From UHGV virus genome UHGV-1351279: a stretch of 64,000 nucleotides of DNA; one strand, written 5' to 3'. The DNA is from a virus. How positions within the stretch are numbered: the first letter of the stretch is position 1; the number at the start of each line of letters is the position of its first letter. Shown one piece after another: positions 39,964 to 49,697 of the stretch. The notes beneath the pieces are model-generated. The model was given only the letters and a program-made list of their open reading frames with translations. It was not told where the DNA came from and made no database searches. The position numbers and the translations under genes were made by a program.

Positions 39964-41131
39964 TTTTTTGTATTTTTTCTAATCTTCTTGTTAAACATCT
40001 TTTTATATATTCTCTTGTCTCTTTCATCAATACCAATTTTGGTGTTATAGTATCCTTTTCATCAGGAATCTCTGTAAGAACTAATGGATACTCTTTCTGT
40101 TTATAAACTAATGGTATAATATTAAGAGAACTATCAGGTAAATAGTTTTTAAATGATACATTAAAGGTATTGTTTAAATGTAATTCGTAAACATTACCTT
40201 CTAATCTATAACATAAATAATACTTTTTGTAATTACCTAAATGCTTATTTAAAGTTTCAACTGCATATTTTTCAAATTCTTCATCAAAATCTATTTCTAA
40301 TTTACTATTAGATAGAGATATATTCACATGTGCATTACTTTTCTTATAATCTTTAAATAAAGTTTTTAGGAAATCATTATCTGATACAGCATAGTTAAAA
40401 CTTGCTCTACTATAATTACTATTTGTAGCAGGTAATCTTATATTAGAGAACTTATGATAAGGCATACCAGATAAAGATTCATAATAAACAATAGTAAACA
40501 TTTGGACAAAGAAGTTTGTCCAAAAATTCTCATTGTTATTTTCAGGTTCTACTGACTCTAATATAATTGTTGACAAATTACTTGTACCTAAACAGAATTT
40601 ACTGAAGAATATAGATGGTAAAGCCCTATTTTGTCTTTCACAGTAATTATGATAGGGTAAGTTTTCATAATGACTATGTCCATAAGAATAGTATTCTGCA
40701 AATGTCATTGTAGTTCTACCCCCTAAAATAGTAGTACAATAAGGTATCTCATTAGTATTTGACATTTCATATAAAACAAACAAGTCTTTTATACCATCAT
40801 ACTTCTCACCATTACTATTCTCTATAGTTACTTGAGGAAATCTTGTAATAAATCCTCTAAAGTATACTCTTATCTTATTACCATTTACTAACTTATAGAA
40901 AAATAAAAAATCCCAATTATCACCATAAATCTCATTTAGAGACTTTATTATTGGTTCTAATTTCTCTAAATAACCAATAGATATGTTTCTTTCAGGCCTA
41001 TCACCATAAAACAGCTTATTTTTTTTAGATTTATCTTTTAAGTATTCATAAGGATTTTCTATTTTAAGCCTAAAATAATTAGTAAGAGATGTATCAAACA
41101 AGTCACTTTTATTTCTTTTTTCTCTGTACAT
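39884..41131 (-). CDS. hypothetical protein (415 aa; 3' end overlaps JAB gene by 80 nt)
   Basis: Long ORF. C-terminal 27 codons overlap the JAB gene in a different frame. Confidence 0.4.
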   Translation of the reverse strand: MYREKRNKSDLFDTSLTNYFRLKIENPYEYLKDKSKKNKLFYGDRPERNISIGYLEKLEPIIKSLNEIYGDNWDFLFFYKLVNGNKIRVYFRGFITRFPQVTIENSNGEKYDGIKDLFVLYEMSNTNEIPYCTTILGGRTTMTFAEYYSYGHSHYENLPYHNYCERQNRALPSIFFSKFCLGTSNLSTIILESVEPENNNENFWTNFFVQMFTIVYYESLSGMPYHKFSNIRLPATNSNYSRASFNYAVSDNDFLKTLFKDYKKSNAHVNISLSNSKLEIDFDEEFEKYAVETLNKHLGNYKKYYLCYRLEGNVYELHLNNTFNVSFKNYLPDSSLNIIPLVYKQKEYPLVLTEIPDEKDTITPKLVLMKETREYIKRCLTRRLEKIQKNEAFESIYKSKINNYKRGLQRDNISL

Positions 41132-41137
41132 AACTTA

Positions 41138-41176
41138 AAATAAAAAAGAAAGAAAGTGAGGTTTCCCCCACTTTCT
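41138..41176 (-). terminator. rho-independent terminator (AGAAAGTG-10 nt-CACTTTCT plus U-tract)
   Basis: 8-bp stem. On the minus strand it is followed by TTCTTTTTTATTTT. Sits in the 74-nt gap after the 41206..41742 gene. Confidence 0.55.
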
Positions 41177-41205
41177 AAGCTTAATATAAAACAACTTTTA
41201 TGAGT

Positions 41206-41742
41206 TTACAATTTCTTCAAAAGCTCCAAATCATCTAAATCTTCTTTAGAAAGTCCATTAGAAACATTTACAGGCTGAGCCACTTTTATTTCTAATGATG
41301 CAGCATCTTTTGAAGGAATACCTCTTAGAAGAGTAATGATAGTGTTTAGTTTACCATTAAGGGTACTAAGAGTTTCTTCTACATCTGAAAATCTGTTGTG
41401 AAGAGATTCAAATTCTTCATCAAAGTCAATACCTTGCTTACCATCTTTCTGGGTAATGAAAAGCTTGAAATCTCCAGAAGGAATTTCAGCATTTGGAGAA
41501 GTTACTACTACACCTTCTCCCAAAAGAACACGCATTTCATCAAATACTTGCTCCATGCTTGAACCTACATTGGCATCTCTTACAAGTGCAGATAACTCAG
41601 AGAACTTGTTATCTTTTAATTGATAAATAACTTCATCACCTTCTATACGAGTTGATGATGTTGCATTAGGGTTTACTTCAATTTTGTACTTCCCTCTGAT
41701 ACCTCTACCTGCGAGGATTTTTACTGTTTGTACTGTTGTCAT
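41206..41742 (-). CDS. hypothetical protein
   Basis: 178-aa ORF followed by a terminator. Confidence 0.45.
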   Translation of the reverse strand: MTTVQTVKILAGRGIRGKYKIEVNPNATSSTRIEGDEVIYQLKDNKFSELSALVRDANVGSSMEQVFDEMRVLLGEGVVVTSPNAEIPSGDFKLFITQKDGKQGIDFDEEFESLHNRFSDVEETLSTLNGKLNTIITLLRGIPSKDAASLEIKVAQPVNVSNGLSKEDLDDLELLKKL

Positions 41743-41770
41743 GTTTTTCTTGTTTTTAAAATGTTATTAA

Positions 41771-42070
41771 TTAAATTGTTGCATCGGAAAATCTTTCCTT
41801 AATTACTTTTTCAATGAAATTCAATTTCTTGTTTAGAACTTCAAGCTCTGTTGCAGCTATGAGTTCTTTTAGGTAATCATAGGGAATTTGCTTTTGGAAG
41901 TGTTTAATATCAGCTTCCTTTTCTGCAATTTGACCTTTTATAGAAAGCTTTTCTTCATTTAGTCTCAAATGTGCTCTCTGTGCAATTAGCTTCAAGTTTT
42001 CTACTTTAGCTTCTTTTTCATCTTTAGAAATCAATTCTAAATAGGTTTCTTGTTTGTTTACTTGTTCCAT
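41771..42070 (-). CDS. coiled-coil protein
   Basis: 99 aa, K/E-rich heptad-like sequence. Confidence 0.4.
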   Translation of the reverse strand: MEQVNKQETYLELISKDEKEAKVENLKLIAQRAHLRLNEEKLSIKGQIAEKEADIKHFQKQIPYDYLKELIAATELEVLNKKLNFIEKVIKERFSDATI

Positions 42071-43062
42071 TTTGAAATGTTTTTTTTAATAAATGTTTCT
42101 AATTCTTGTTTACCTTTTTTCTTTAATAAATCAGAAGGGTCTTTGATACCTTCATTCAAAAGATTTGGGTCCAGTACAACACTACAAGCAAGGTTAGGCT
42201 TTATGTCATTTATAATATCTTTTACTAAGTTGCTTGCTCCAATACCTGTAGCATCATTATCAAACCAGACTATTACTTTGTATTTTTGTTCTATGAGTTT
42301 TTCTAATATGAGTCTGTTTGGTACTTGACCCTCATTTTGAAACCAACATACATTCAATCCTTGATTTTTAAGCACTCTATAATCTTTATATGACTTGGTG
42401 ATAATTAACATACCTTTATTTTTAAATCTTCCGCCAATATCATTTTGATTACAGTTAGTAAACCATTTGTGTTCCTTGTCATAAGGTGAATAGATTTTCT
42501 TTTTGTTGTCTTTAAAATCTGTATATGCGTAGGATTGTTTAGTATTTACTGTAAATGGCTCTAAAGTATCTCTCTTAAAGCTCGAATAAGCATAGATAGG
42601 ATAAACTTTGTCTTCTTTTAGTTGTTCTCTATTTATTTGGTAAGAAGACCAAAATTTAGCATCTAACTTATTCCAATCTCTTATACTTATGAAAATGTCT
42701 CTACTTGCTTTTTGAGTATTTGGGTTTTTGTATTTAACGATTGGATTATTACTAATTAATTTATTATCTAATATAAAATACTCAATGTAGCTTAAAGCTT
42801 CTTCAAAAGATAAATTGAGACATACTTTTATAAACTCTATACAGTTTATACCTGATTTGAATGTAGCCCAATCATGAAAATATAAAATACCATTGTTATC
42901 ATATAAGAAATAGCAACCAGGTGTCTTATCTTCTCTATAAGGAGCTATATACTTATCATGTATATTGATGTCCTCTTTTATAAAGATACCAAAGATATCC
43001 TTCTGATAATTAAAGATATAGTCAAAATCTAAGGTACTATAACCATGTTTATAACCAAACAT
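42058..43062 (-). CDS. DnaG-like primase (Toprim domain)
   Basis: KVIVWFDNDATGIGAS is a DxD Toprim acidic motif. Upstream acidic E (NQGLNVCWFQNEG). Sits in the replication module. Confidence 0.45.
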   Translation of the reverse strand: MFGYKHGYSTLDFDYIFNYQKDIFGIFIKEDINIHDKYIAPYREDKTPGCYFLYDNNGILYFHDWATFKSGINCIEFIKVCLNLSFEEALSYIEYFILDNKLISNNPIVKYKNPNTQKASRDIFISIRDWNKLDAKFWSSYQINREQLKEDKVYPIYAYSSFKRDTLEPFTVNTKQSYAYTDFKDNKKKIYSPYDKEHKWFTNCNQNDIGGRFKNKGMLIITKSYKDYRVLKNQGLNVCWFQNEGQVPNRLILEKLIEQKYKVIVWFDNDATGIGASNLVKDIINDIKPNLACSVVLDPNLLNEGIKDPSDLLKKKGKQELETFIKKNISKWNK

Positions 43063-43093
43063 AATTTTTTGGCTACAAAGTTAGTAATTTATT

Positions 43094-43828
43094 TTAGAAT
43101 GGAAAATCTCCATCTAAATTTTCTCCTGTACTTTCTTCAATTGCTTCAGGAGCAGCACTTTGCTCTACTTCATCATCAGAGAGAACTAATTGATTAAATA
43201 AAGAAGTATTGAATAGATACTTACCATTGCTTTCAGACCTTCTGATAGGGTGCTTTTTGCCATCTTCAGTAACATACTCAAGTACATACTTTTCCTTGTC
43301 AAAGTGTTCTTTAAAATCACCCTCTACGTGAGGTACAAAAGTTTTACCCCAATAAGCTGTACCAAATATTGGAACTTCAAGGAAAGCTTGTTTATATCCT
43401 TGAGGTACTTTCTTTTGATATTGCATAAAAAGGTCTACCTTTACATTACCTACTTTACCTGTTTTATTGATAGCATTAGCTATAACAGTAATATAGCTTT
43501 TCCAGGAGTTAATAGGTTGTTTAAGAAGTTCTTTTAGGGTTTCTCTATCCATAAAACATTCTGCAAGTTCACAAATTTGCATTTGAGTTACTTCAGCTTG
43601 TTTCTGGTACATTTCTTTACTGTTCTCAAAACTTGTGTTTTCTTTAGGTTCAAAGAAAGTAAAGAAACCATCTTTTTCTGCACCATCTAATCTATAGTTT
43701 ACAGATAGTACATCAAGACCATTTTTTGTTTGTGTTACTTCTACTTTAGTAAAAGTAGCATTTTGGTTGAGACCAAATTTACCAAAGCTTCCTGAGAACT
43801 CTTTGGCTTCTTGAAATCCAAAATTCAT
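43094..43828 (-). CDS. SSB-like single-stranded DNA-binding protein (acidic C-terminal tail ...DGDFPF)
   Basis: C-terminus EESTGENLDGDFPF resembles the SSB acidic tail (E. coli DDDIPF). Lies between primase and helicase genes. Confidence 0.4.
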   Translation of the reverse strand: MNFGFQEAKEFSGSFGKFGLNQNATFTKVEVTQTKNGLDVLSVNYRLDGAEKDGFFTFFEPKENTSFENSKEMYQKQAEVTQMQICELAECFMDRETLKELLKQPINSWKSYITVIANAINKTGKVGNVKVDLFMQYQKKVPQGYKQAFLEVPIFGTAYWGKTFVPHVEGDFKEHFDKEKYVLEYVTEDGKKHPIRRSESNGKYLFNTSLFNQLVLSDDEVEQSAAPEAIEESTGENLDGDFPF

Positions 43829-43850
43829 ATATGAATAATTTATAAATTAA

Positions 43851-44162
43851 TTACGCAAATCTTGTAGGACCTCCATATACAAAAGTATTAGAAGGTACTT
43901 CTTCTACACTTTGTTGAGCTAAAGCTTCTACTTCAGCTTGAGGTTCTGGAATGTCTTGTTCTCCTTCAGGATTAATAACTTCAGGTTCTTCTTCAATAAC
44001 CCAAAGAGGTTTCCTGAATTTCCTAATCTCAAGACCTAAAGTCTTTAGGACATTTTTCATCTGAGCTACAGGCAATCCATAATGCTCTGCAAGCTCTTTC
44101 ATTTTCATGCCATTGTCAATTTGTTCTTTAAGAACACTTGGCTTGATTTTAACTTGTTCCAT
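43851..44162 (-). CDS. small HTH-type DNA-binding protein
   Basis: MKELAEHYGLPVAQMKNVLKTLGL is a helix-turn-helix-like segment followed by an acidic C-terminus. Confidence 0.35.
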   Translation of the reverse strand: MEQVKIKPSVLKEQIDNGMKMKELAEHYGLPVAQMKNVLKTLGLEIRKFRKPLWVIEEEPEVINPEGEQDIPEPQAEVEALAQQSVEEVPSNTFVYGGPTRFA

Positions 44163-45295
44163 TACTTTAAAGTATTAATATAATTATATATTCTGTTTAA
44201 TTCATTTACTTCAGTAGGTTTAGGTAATTCTGAGAAGTAGTCTACAGCTCCTAAGAAGAATAAAGGTACTTGTACTCCAGCTTCACCATCTCTTGATTTA
44301 AGTATCTGCATAGCTCTGTAATGATTCTTTAGTTTTGTAATGTCATATCCTCCATGATTTGTTATTTTATATCTATAAGGAGCAAATAATGTCAATACAT
44401 AAGAAGCATCTCTTGTACAGGTTTTAGAGTCACCAAAGCTTGAAATTGAGGGAGTTAGCTTTTCTTCAATAGATTTTCCAGCTACATTATATTGTACTGT
44501 CTCAGCATCTAAAGCAAGCTGTTGTACTCCAACTACAGTAAATCCAAACTTATCTCTAAGCCTTAGAGCATACTTAGAAGAGAATAAATCAATAGCACTC
44601 TTTAAACTTTCTCCTTTTTCACCACTTAAAAGATTATAATTATCTACAATAACTATAACATAATGATTTGGGTGATAAGTTTTATAGTACTTTACTTTAG
44701 AGAAAGCTGTTCCAACACCTTTTCTTATGTTCTCAACCTCTTCTTTTGTAAGAGGTTTATCATTTTTATCATAATAAGTACCTATGCTTAGAGCAAAGTC
44801 CCTACATTTCTTGAATATACCTGTAGGATTAGTAATATGAGTTATGATATGTACTTTTTCTAAGAATTTATTTATATGTTCCTTAGCTTCTTCTACATAC
44901 TTTATAATCTCATTAGATACAGTATTCAATCTTCCAATAGATTGTAAGTCTTTTACACTTACTATTTTCTTGTACTTATGAAATATGTATCTTGAAATCT
45001 CACTCATAATTACTTTTTCTTCACTCTCCTCTAAAGAGAAATCAAGAATATCAACTTTTATGTCCTCTTGAGTACTCTCTATATAAGATAGGACGTTATG
45101 AATAAAGAAGTACCTTACAAACTTAGATTTACCTATAGAAGTTCCTGCACCTACTAAATAATAAGAAGCTTTCTCAACACCTGGAAGATAACTTTCTAAT
45201 CTCTCAAATCCTGCAAAAGGAATACAGTTATAATTTCCTTTATCATGGTTTTGTTTGTTAGTTTTTATCTTCTCTAATACTGTTTCAAAATTCAT
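44162..45295 (-). CDS. DnaB-family (SF4) replicative helicase, RecA-like C-terminal domain
   Basis: IPFAGFERLESYLPGVEKASYYLVGAGTSIGKSKF matches the DnaB C-domain signature (GFxxLD...GxxxxxLxxxAxxxxxGKS/T). Walker B IVIVDNYNLL. Confidence 0.55.
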   Translation of the reverse strand: MNFETVLEKIKTNKQNHDKGNYNCIPFAGFERLESYLPGVEKASYYLVGAGTSIGKSKFVRYFFIHNVLSYIESTQEDIKVDILDFSLEESEEKVIMSEISRYIFHKYKKIVSVKDLQSIGRLNTVSNEIIKYVEEAKEHINKFLEKVHIITHITNPTGIFKKCRDFALSIGTYYDKNDKPLTKEEVENIRKGVGTAFSKVKYYKTYHPNHYVIVIVDNYNLLSGEKGESLKSAIDLFSSKYALRLRDKFGFTVVGVQQLALDAETVQYNVAGKSIEEKLTPSISSFGDSKTCTRDASYVLTLFAPYRYKITNHGGYDITKLKNHYRAMQILKSRDGEAGVQVPLFFLGAVDYFSELPKPTEVNELNRIYNYINTLK

Positions 45296-46392
45296 TATTC
45301 TACAATTTTATTTACATCTACATCTTCTAAAAACTTCTTTGTCCATAACTCATCTACAGTATCTTTGAGATAAAGGATATAAACATTAAGTATTTTACCT
45401 TGCCTTTTAAGTAATCCTCTACTAAGTTTTTGATAAGAATACCCTTGATTGTTACTATCACATTGAATAATTACTACATTGTCAATATCCTTATAAGTAA
45501 CACCAACAGTACCTGTCTTAACCAAAGAAAGTTGGTTTATTTTACCTTCTTGAAAGGCTTTTAAATCTTTGTCAGAAGTCTTACTATTATAAGAAGGATA
45601 ACCTAATAGTTTAGCTTGTTCTGTATTGGAACAAAATATTAGAGTTCTTTCTTCCTTTTTTAGAGATTGTAGTAAAGATAAAGCAGCAAAAAGCTTAGTA
45701 GGAGCATTGTAAATCAAATGCATTCTTGAGGTGTATAAGAACTTATTTATAGGCAAATGAACCTTTTTTTTGTACTCAATTACACTGGTAAGGTAACAAT
45801 ACTTCTCAAACTCTGTTTGCATAAATTTCCTACCTTTTAAGCCTGATTCAATGAGTTTATCTTTACTGTTGAGTTCTAAAGGAATAAGTTTTATCTGATA
45901 ATCACTAATAATGTCTGTATTAATAGCGTCATTAATAGACATTTCTACTAAAGTTGAGAATTTGAGTTTCTCTAAAAGCTCTCTTTTATCTTTATGTTTG
46001 CTTGGGGTTCCTGTAAGTCCTAATATTGTTTCTACTTTTAAATCCCCTGTGAATAAACCTACAGAATTATTAGGTGAGAATGATTGTATCTCATCTAAAA
46101 CCATAAAGTCATAAGCTCCTCTTTCTTTGTGTAGTGAGTTATAGCAAATAAATTTAGTTACCTTTAAAAGCTCTTCTGCACTCCATTTTTTAAACTCTTC
46201 AGGTGTTCCTTTATCTCTAAGCTCTTTATTAGGAGTAACCCATAAAATAGACTTGAAATTATGTTTTTTCATTATCTCTATGGCAAGTTTAGTTTTACCT
46301 ACCCTCATACCAACAAGAATGAGTTGATTTTTTCCAATCTCAAATTTATTTAGGGCTTCTTCTAATATTAATTGTCTTGGGTCTCTATCCAT
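45295..46392 (-). CDS. SF2 helicase (SNF2/DEAD-like)
   Basis: Walker A MRVGKTKLA, DExQ box MVLDEIQSF, motif III LGLTGTP. Confidence 0.55.
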   Translation of the reverse strand: MDRDPRQLILEEALNKFEIGKNQLILVGMRVGKTKLAIEIMKKHNFKSILWVTPNKELRDKGTPEEFKKWSAEELLKVTKFICYNSLHKERGAYDFMVLDEIQSFSPNNSVGLFTGDLKVETILGLTGTPSKHKDKRELLEKLKFSTLVEMSINDAINTDIISDYQIKLIPLELNSKDKLIESGLKGRKFMQTEFEKYCYLTSVIEYKKKVHLPINKFLYTSRMHLIYNAPTKLFAALSLLQSLKKEERTLIFCSNTEQAKLLGYPSYNSKTSDKDLKAFQEGKINQLSLVKTGTVGVTYKDIDNVVIIQCDSNNQGYSYQKLSRGLLKRQGKILNVYILYLKDTVDELWTKKFLEDVDVNKIVE

Positions 46393-46850
46393 TCGTAATA
46401 ATCATCTAAAGGTTTCTTAGTCTCATCTTTAATCAAAGATACAATATCAAAATTATCTGTGAAAAATTCATCACCAGAATATTTACCATAAGCAGTAAAC
46501 CTTATGAAATTATAACTATAAAGCTCATACTTATATAGTTCTAATCTTGCCTCTGGTATTGACAGTTTCTCTAATTGTTCTTCAGATAAATCTATAATGT
46601 AAGGTTTTTCAAGATTGGTTTCATCTTCTGTAATTACTTCTTCATCAAAGCAATAAAAGTCTACAATAGAAGTATAAAAGCACATTTTACAAAAGCTATT
46701 CATAATACCTCTTGAATCTTTCATCATATTACCAATAGCTTTTTGTTGTTCTTGTATTCTACCTATTGTGTTACCATCTATTTTGATGAGAGCATAATCA
46801 CAGGTGTCCCAATCACTATCTGTAAAAGCTTTTACTATTATGTATTTCAT
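46368..46850 (-). CDS. hypothetical protein
   Basis: 160-aa ORF. Confidence 0.4.
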   Translation of the reverse strand: MKYIIVKAFTDSDWDTCDYALIKIDGNTIGRIQEQQKAIGNMMKDSRGIMNSFCKMCFYTSIVDFYCFDEEVITEDETNLEKPYIIDLSEEQLEKLSIPEARLELYKYELYSYNFIRFTAYGKYSGDEFFTDNFDIVSLIKDETKKPLDDYYEWIETQDN

Positions 46851-47479
46851 GGTATGTACAGATTAGTTAAACAATCCTTTTTTACTTCAACATCTTTTAA
46901 TGATTCACCTTTTATCTTTTCGTATGTTTGTATGTTGAATGGGGTTGCAAATATATGAAAACCATTTTTACTTTTCAAGAGACCTTTTATTTTATTTTTA
47001 CACATCTCAAGAGGTTCACAACGGTTTATAACATATTGTACTTTACCTAAAATATCAGTGTCTTTTGTATCAATATCTATAATCCAGTATTTTTCAATAC
47101 CTAAAGATTTATCTATTGATGTAGCAGCAGTACAGCTGGTAAAAAGTTTAGATATTACTCCTTCATAAAAGTCCTCTTCTATATATCCTGATAATTTTCT
47201 AAGCATAGCATGAGTTACTCTCTTTAAACTTTTCGGGTTTAAGTCAATCATAGCTCTTGCATTTAGAGTATTACATATAGGTATAATTTCATTTTCTAAC
47301 TTATATTCTAAGTAATCTAAACTTTTTACCACATAGGATTTTACAACATTAGAGTTTTTATTAATATTACTAACCTCTTTTTTTCTTTGCATTATCTCTA
47401 CATGAAAGAATAAATCAGGATTATCAATATTAAAAACCTCTATTAATCTAAACTTTAGATTTTCAAGATTGTTTATCAT
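46847..47479 (-). CDS. hypothetical protein
   Basis: 210-aa ORF. Confidence 0.4.
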   Translation of the reverse strand: MINNLENLKFRLIEVFNIDNPDLFFHVEIMQRKKEVSNINKNSNVVKSYVVKSLDYLEYKLENEIIPICNTLNARAMIDLNPKSLKRVTHAMLRKLSGYIEEDFYEGVISKLFTSCTAATSIDKSLGIEKYWIIDIDTKDTDILGKVQYVINRCEPLEMCKNKIKGLLKSKNGFHIFATPFNIQTYEKIKGESLKDVEVKKDCLTNLYIP

Positions 47480-47693
47480 CTTCTTTATCTAATGCTATAA
47501 GTCTCATAATATTAAACAACAAGGCTTGTGTTGTTGATGAATGTGCATTAATTGTTATGAAAATCTTCTCAAAAAAAGCTTTTTCTGAGAAATCTTCATA
47601 ATCTGTATGAATAGCTTTTGCAAGCATTTCTGCTGATTCTTTCAATAATTGAGCAGAGCTGTTCAAGATTTGTAATTTTTCTTCTTTTTTCAT
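47463..47693 (-). CDS. hypothetical small protein
   Basis: 76-aa ORF. Confidence 0.35.
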   Translation of the reverse strand: MKKEEKLQILNSSAQLLKESAEMLAKAIHTDYEDFSEKAFFEKIFITINAHSSTTQALLFNIMRLIALDKEDDKQS

Positions 47694-47718
47694 ATTTTTT
47701 AATATTTAAAATTTATTT

Positions 47719-47847
47719 CTAATGTTTTATTATTTTAGTCATTCTTTCTAATACATCTTTTGAAGTATGACCATCAAATTCAAATAATGCTTTTTCTGTT
47801 TCTTCTAATAGGAATTTTCCTAATTCTTGTAAATTTAATTTTTTCAT
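47719..47847 (-). CDS. small protein (42 aa, below ORF-track cutoff)
   Basis: Hand-translated as MKKLNLQELGKFLLEETEKALFEFDGHTSKDVLERMTKIIKH. ATGA start/stop overlap with the upstream gene at 47844-47847. Confidence 0.3.
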   Translation of the reverse strand: MKKLNLQELGKFLLEETEKALFEFDGHTSKDVLERMTKIIKH

Positions 47848-48194
47848 TGTAAATTATTCATTAAATCACTTTTGATCATGTAAATTTCTTCTTCGTCGGT
47901 AAAGTAGTATGATACTCCTTTATTTTCACCTTCTATACAAGTAGCATTTATATCTTCTATAATGTATTTTCCATTTTCTCCTTTTCTTTTTAAACGAATA
48001 GAGTCTGCTTGAAACCTCATTATTTTATTCCATGCTATAGCATAAAAACTGTTTATTATATCTGCTTTACAAGACATGTTATCTAAAGTAAATTCTTTAT
48101 AATTGTTTATAATTACAGGTTTTTTCTTGTATTTCCATAAACCTACTATTACACAAATTAAAAGAATTATTATTAGGATAAATATATAATTCAT
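47844..48194 (-). CDS. membrane-anchored protein (N-terminal TM)
   Basis: MNYIFILIIILLICVIVGLW is a hydrophobic N-terminus. Confidence 0.4.
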   Translation of the reverse strand: MNYIFILIIILLICVIVGLWKYKKKPVIINNYKEFTLDNMSCKADIINSFYAIAWNKIMRFQADSIRLKRKGENGKYIIEDINATCIEGENKGVSYYFTDEEEIYMIKSDLMNNLQ

Positions 48195-48195
48195 A

Positions 48196-49290
48196 TTAAA
48201 TATCTTTTAATTCAACATTATCCTCTACATATTGTCTTAGACTTATAAAACCCCTTAATTGTTTATTGTATCCGTGTGTTTCTTTAGGAATTGCAACTAT
48301 ATAGTCTTCTCTTTCTATTTTACCTTTAATCCAGCTTCTATATTCATCATCAGTCATACACTTAGCTATATGTCCAAAGCAACTCCAATGTCCTGAGTTT
48401 TTAAGTTTCTCATACATTTCTTGAGCTTTTTCTGATGTAATAGAGTTTTCATCACCAATCTTAGTATAAGATATTTTTGCGGTAAGACAAACTGATTTCT
48501 TAATCATATCAGCAAAAAAACCAAATTCTTTTCCATTAAGAATTTCTTTAGCAAATGGTATATGCCAACAATCCTCTTTTAAAATATTAGGAGTAGACTC
48601 ATTAAGAGCATCATACATTTTCTCAGCTAAGTCCATAAAGTGGATTTCTGCTTGTCCTGAATTACACTGTAACCACTCCAAATCTGTCATATCTTTTAAG
48701 TGTGGAAATAATCCTATGGCATCTTTCTTTGAGGTGAATTTTAGGTTTTCTACATTGTAAATAGGACATCTTTGTTCAAACAAATGCTCAAAAGATTCTC
48801 TTGTACCTGTACAAAGTTGTGTGACCCACATCCAAGGTTCCAATAACCTATTACCATAGTTTTTAGATAATGAAGTATTAGGTACAAAACCTGTTGCATG
48901 TTTAATTTCAATATCAAGAATTTTTTCATCTATTGTATCTAAAACTTCACCTACAATTATTTTTGCAGATGTAACAGCTTTGTCCCTTGCTCTTAACCAT
49001 GTTTTATTTTTTATTTCTATGTGTTTAGGGTCTGTAAGATATTTATCACCTTGCATACCTTTGTGTTCCAACATCCAGGCAATAGGCACAAAAGGCTCTT
49101 TCTCTACTACTTCAACCATTTTCTCAAATGGTATAGCACGAGATGAGCTTGTATTCTTCTCTAACATCTTATAGGTATTAACTTCACTAAGAATAATACG
49201 AGGAAAAGTTAGTTTGTAGGTGATTATCTCATCACCTGTTCCAGCTCTTTTACTATGAGCTATAATTTCTGCTTTGATGTTATTCTTCAT
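48196..49290 (-). CDS. hypothetical protein (364 aa)
   Basis: Large ORF in a nucleotide-metabolism-like position. ThyX RHR / SxR motifs were looked for and not found. Confidence 0.4.
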   Translation of the reverse strand: MKNNIKAEIIAHSKRAGTGDEIITYKLTFPRIILSEVNTYKMLEKNTSSSRAIPFEKMVEVVEKEPFVPIAWMLEHKGMQGDKYLTDPKHIEIKNKTWLRARDKAVTSAKIIVGEVLDTIDEKILDIEIKHATGFVPNTSLSKNYGNRLLEPWMWVTQLCTGTRESFEHLFEQRCPIYNVENLKFTSKKDAIGLFPHLKDMTDLEWLQCNSGQAEIHFMDLAEKMYDALNESTPNILKEDCWHIPFAKEILNGKEFGFFADMIKKSVCLTAKISYTKIGDENSITSEKAQEMYEKLKNSGHWSCFGHIAKCMTDDEYRSWIKGKIEREDYIVAIPKETHGYNKQLRGFISLRQYVEDNVELKDI

Positions 49291-49471
49291 TGTAATATCC
49301 TTTAAGTTCTTCTAATTCTTTAATAAATTGGATGTAAACATTTTTACGAGTTATCCAATTAGTTTTTTCCTCAACACTTGTATTAGTATATTCAGCCAAT
49401 AACTCTTTGTATTCTTCTACGTATTCCTTATATCTTTCTATAAGTTCTGATATTTTATCTATTTTTGTCAT
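49280..49471 (-). CDS. hypothetical small protein
   Basis: 63 aa, acidic, coiled-coil-like. Confidence 0.35.
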   Translation of the reverse strand: MTKIDKISELIERYKEYVEEYKELLAEYTNTSVEEKTNWITRKNVYIQFIKELEELKGYYNEE

Positions 49472-49478
49472 AACTTAA

Positions 49479-49697
49479 TTATCTAAATAGTTTTAAAATC
49501 CAATAAATAACATATATTAATATTCTTGCACACAGAGGTACAACAATTAAGATTGAGAATATCTCAAAAGTTAAATGTAAGGTTGTCTTTGTATCATTGA
49601 TTATAGACTTTACTACATTTATAATTAGATAAATATCAAAAATAACTGCAACTATTACCATTATAATAGTTAATAATATAAATGTGAGTTGTTTCAT
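49479..49697 (-). CDS. small membrane protein
   Basis: 72 aa with two hydrophobic helices. Confidence 0.4.
   Translation of the reverse strand: MKQLTFILLTIIMVIVAVIFDIYLIINVVKSIINDTKTTLHLTFEIFSILIVVPLCARILIYVIYWILKLFR

Noticed and set aside
48196-49290. Flavin-dependent thymidylate synthase (ThyX) call for the 364-aa protein
   Set aside because: Position and size suggested it, but the ThyX RHR...SxR signature is absent (only a lone SSSRAI). Left as hypothetical.
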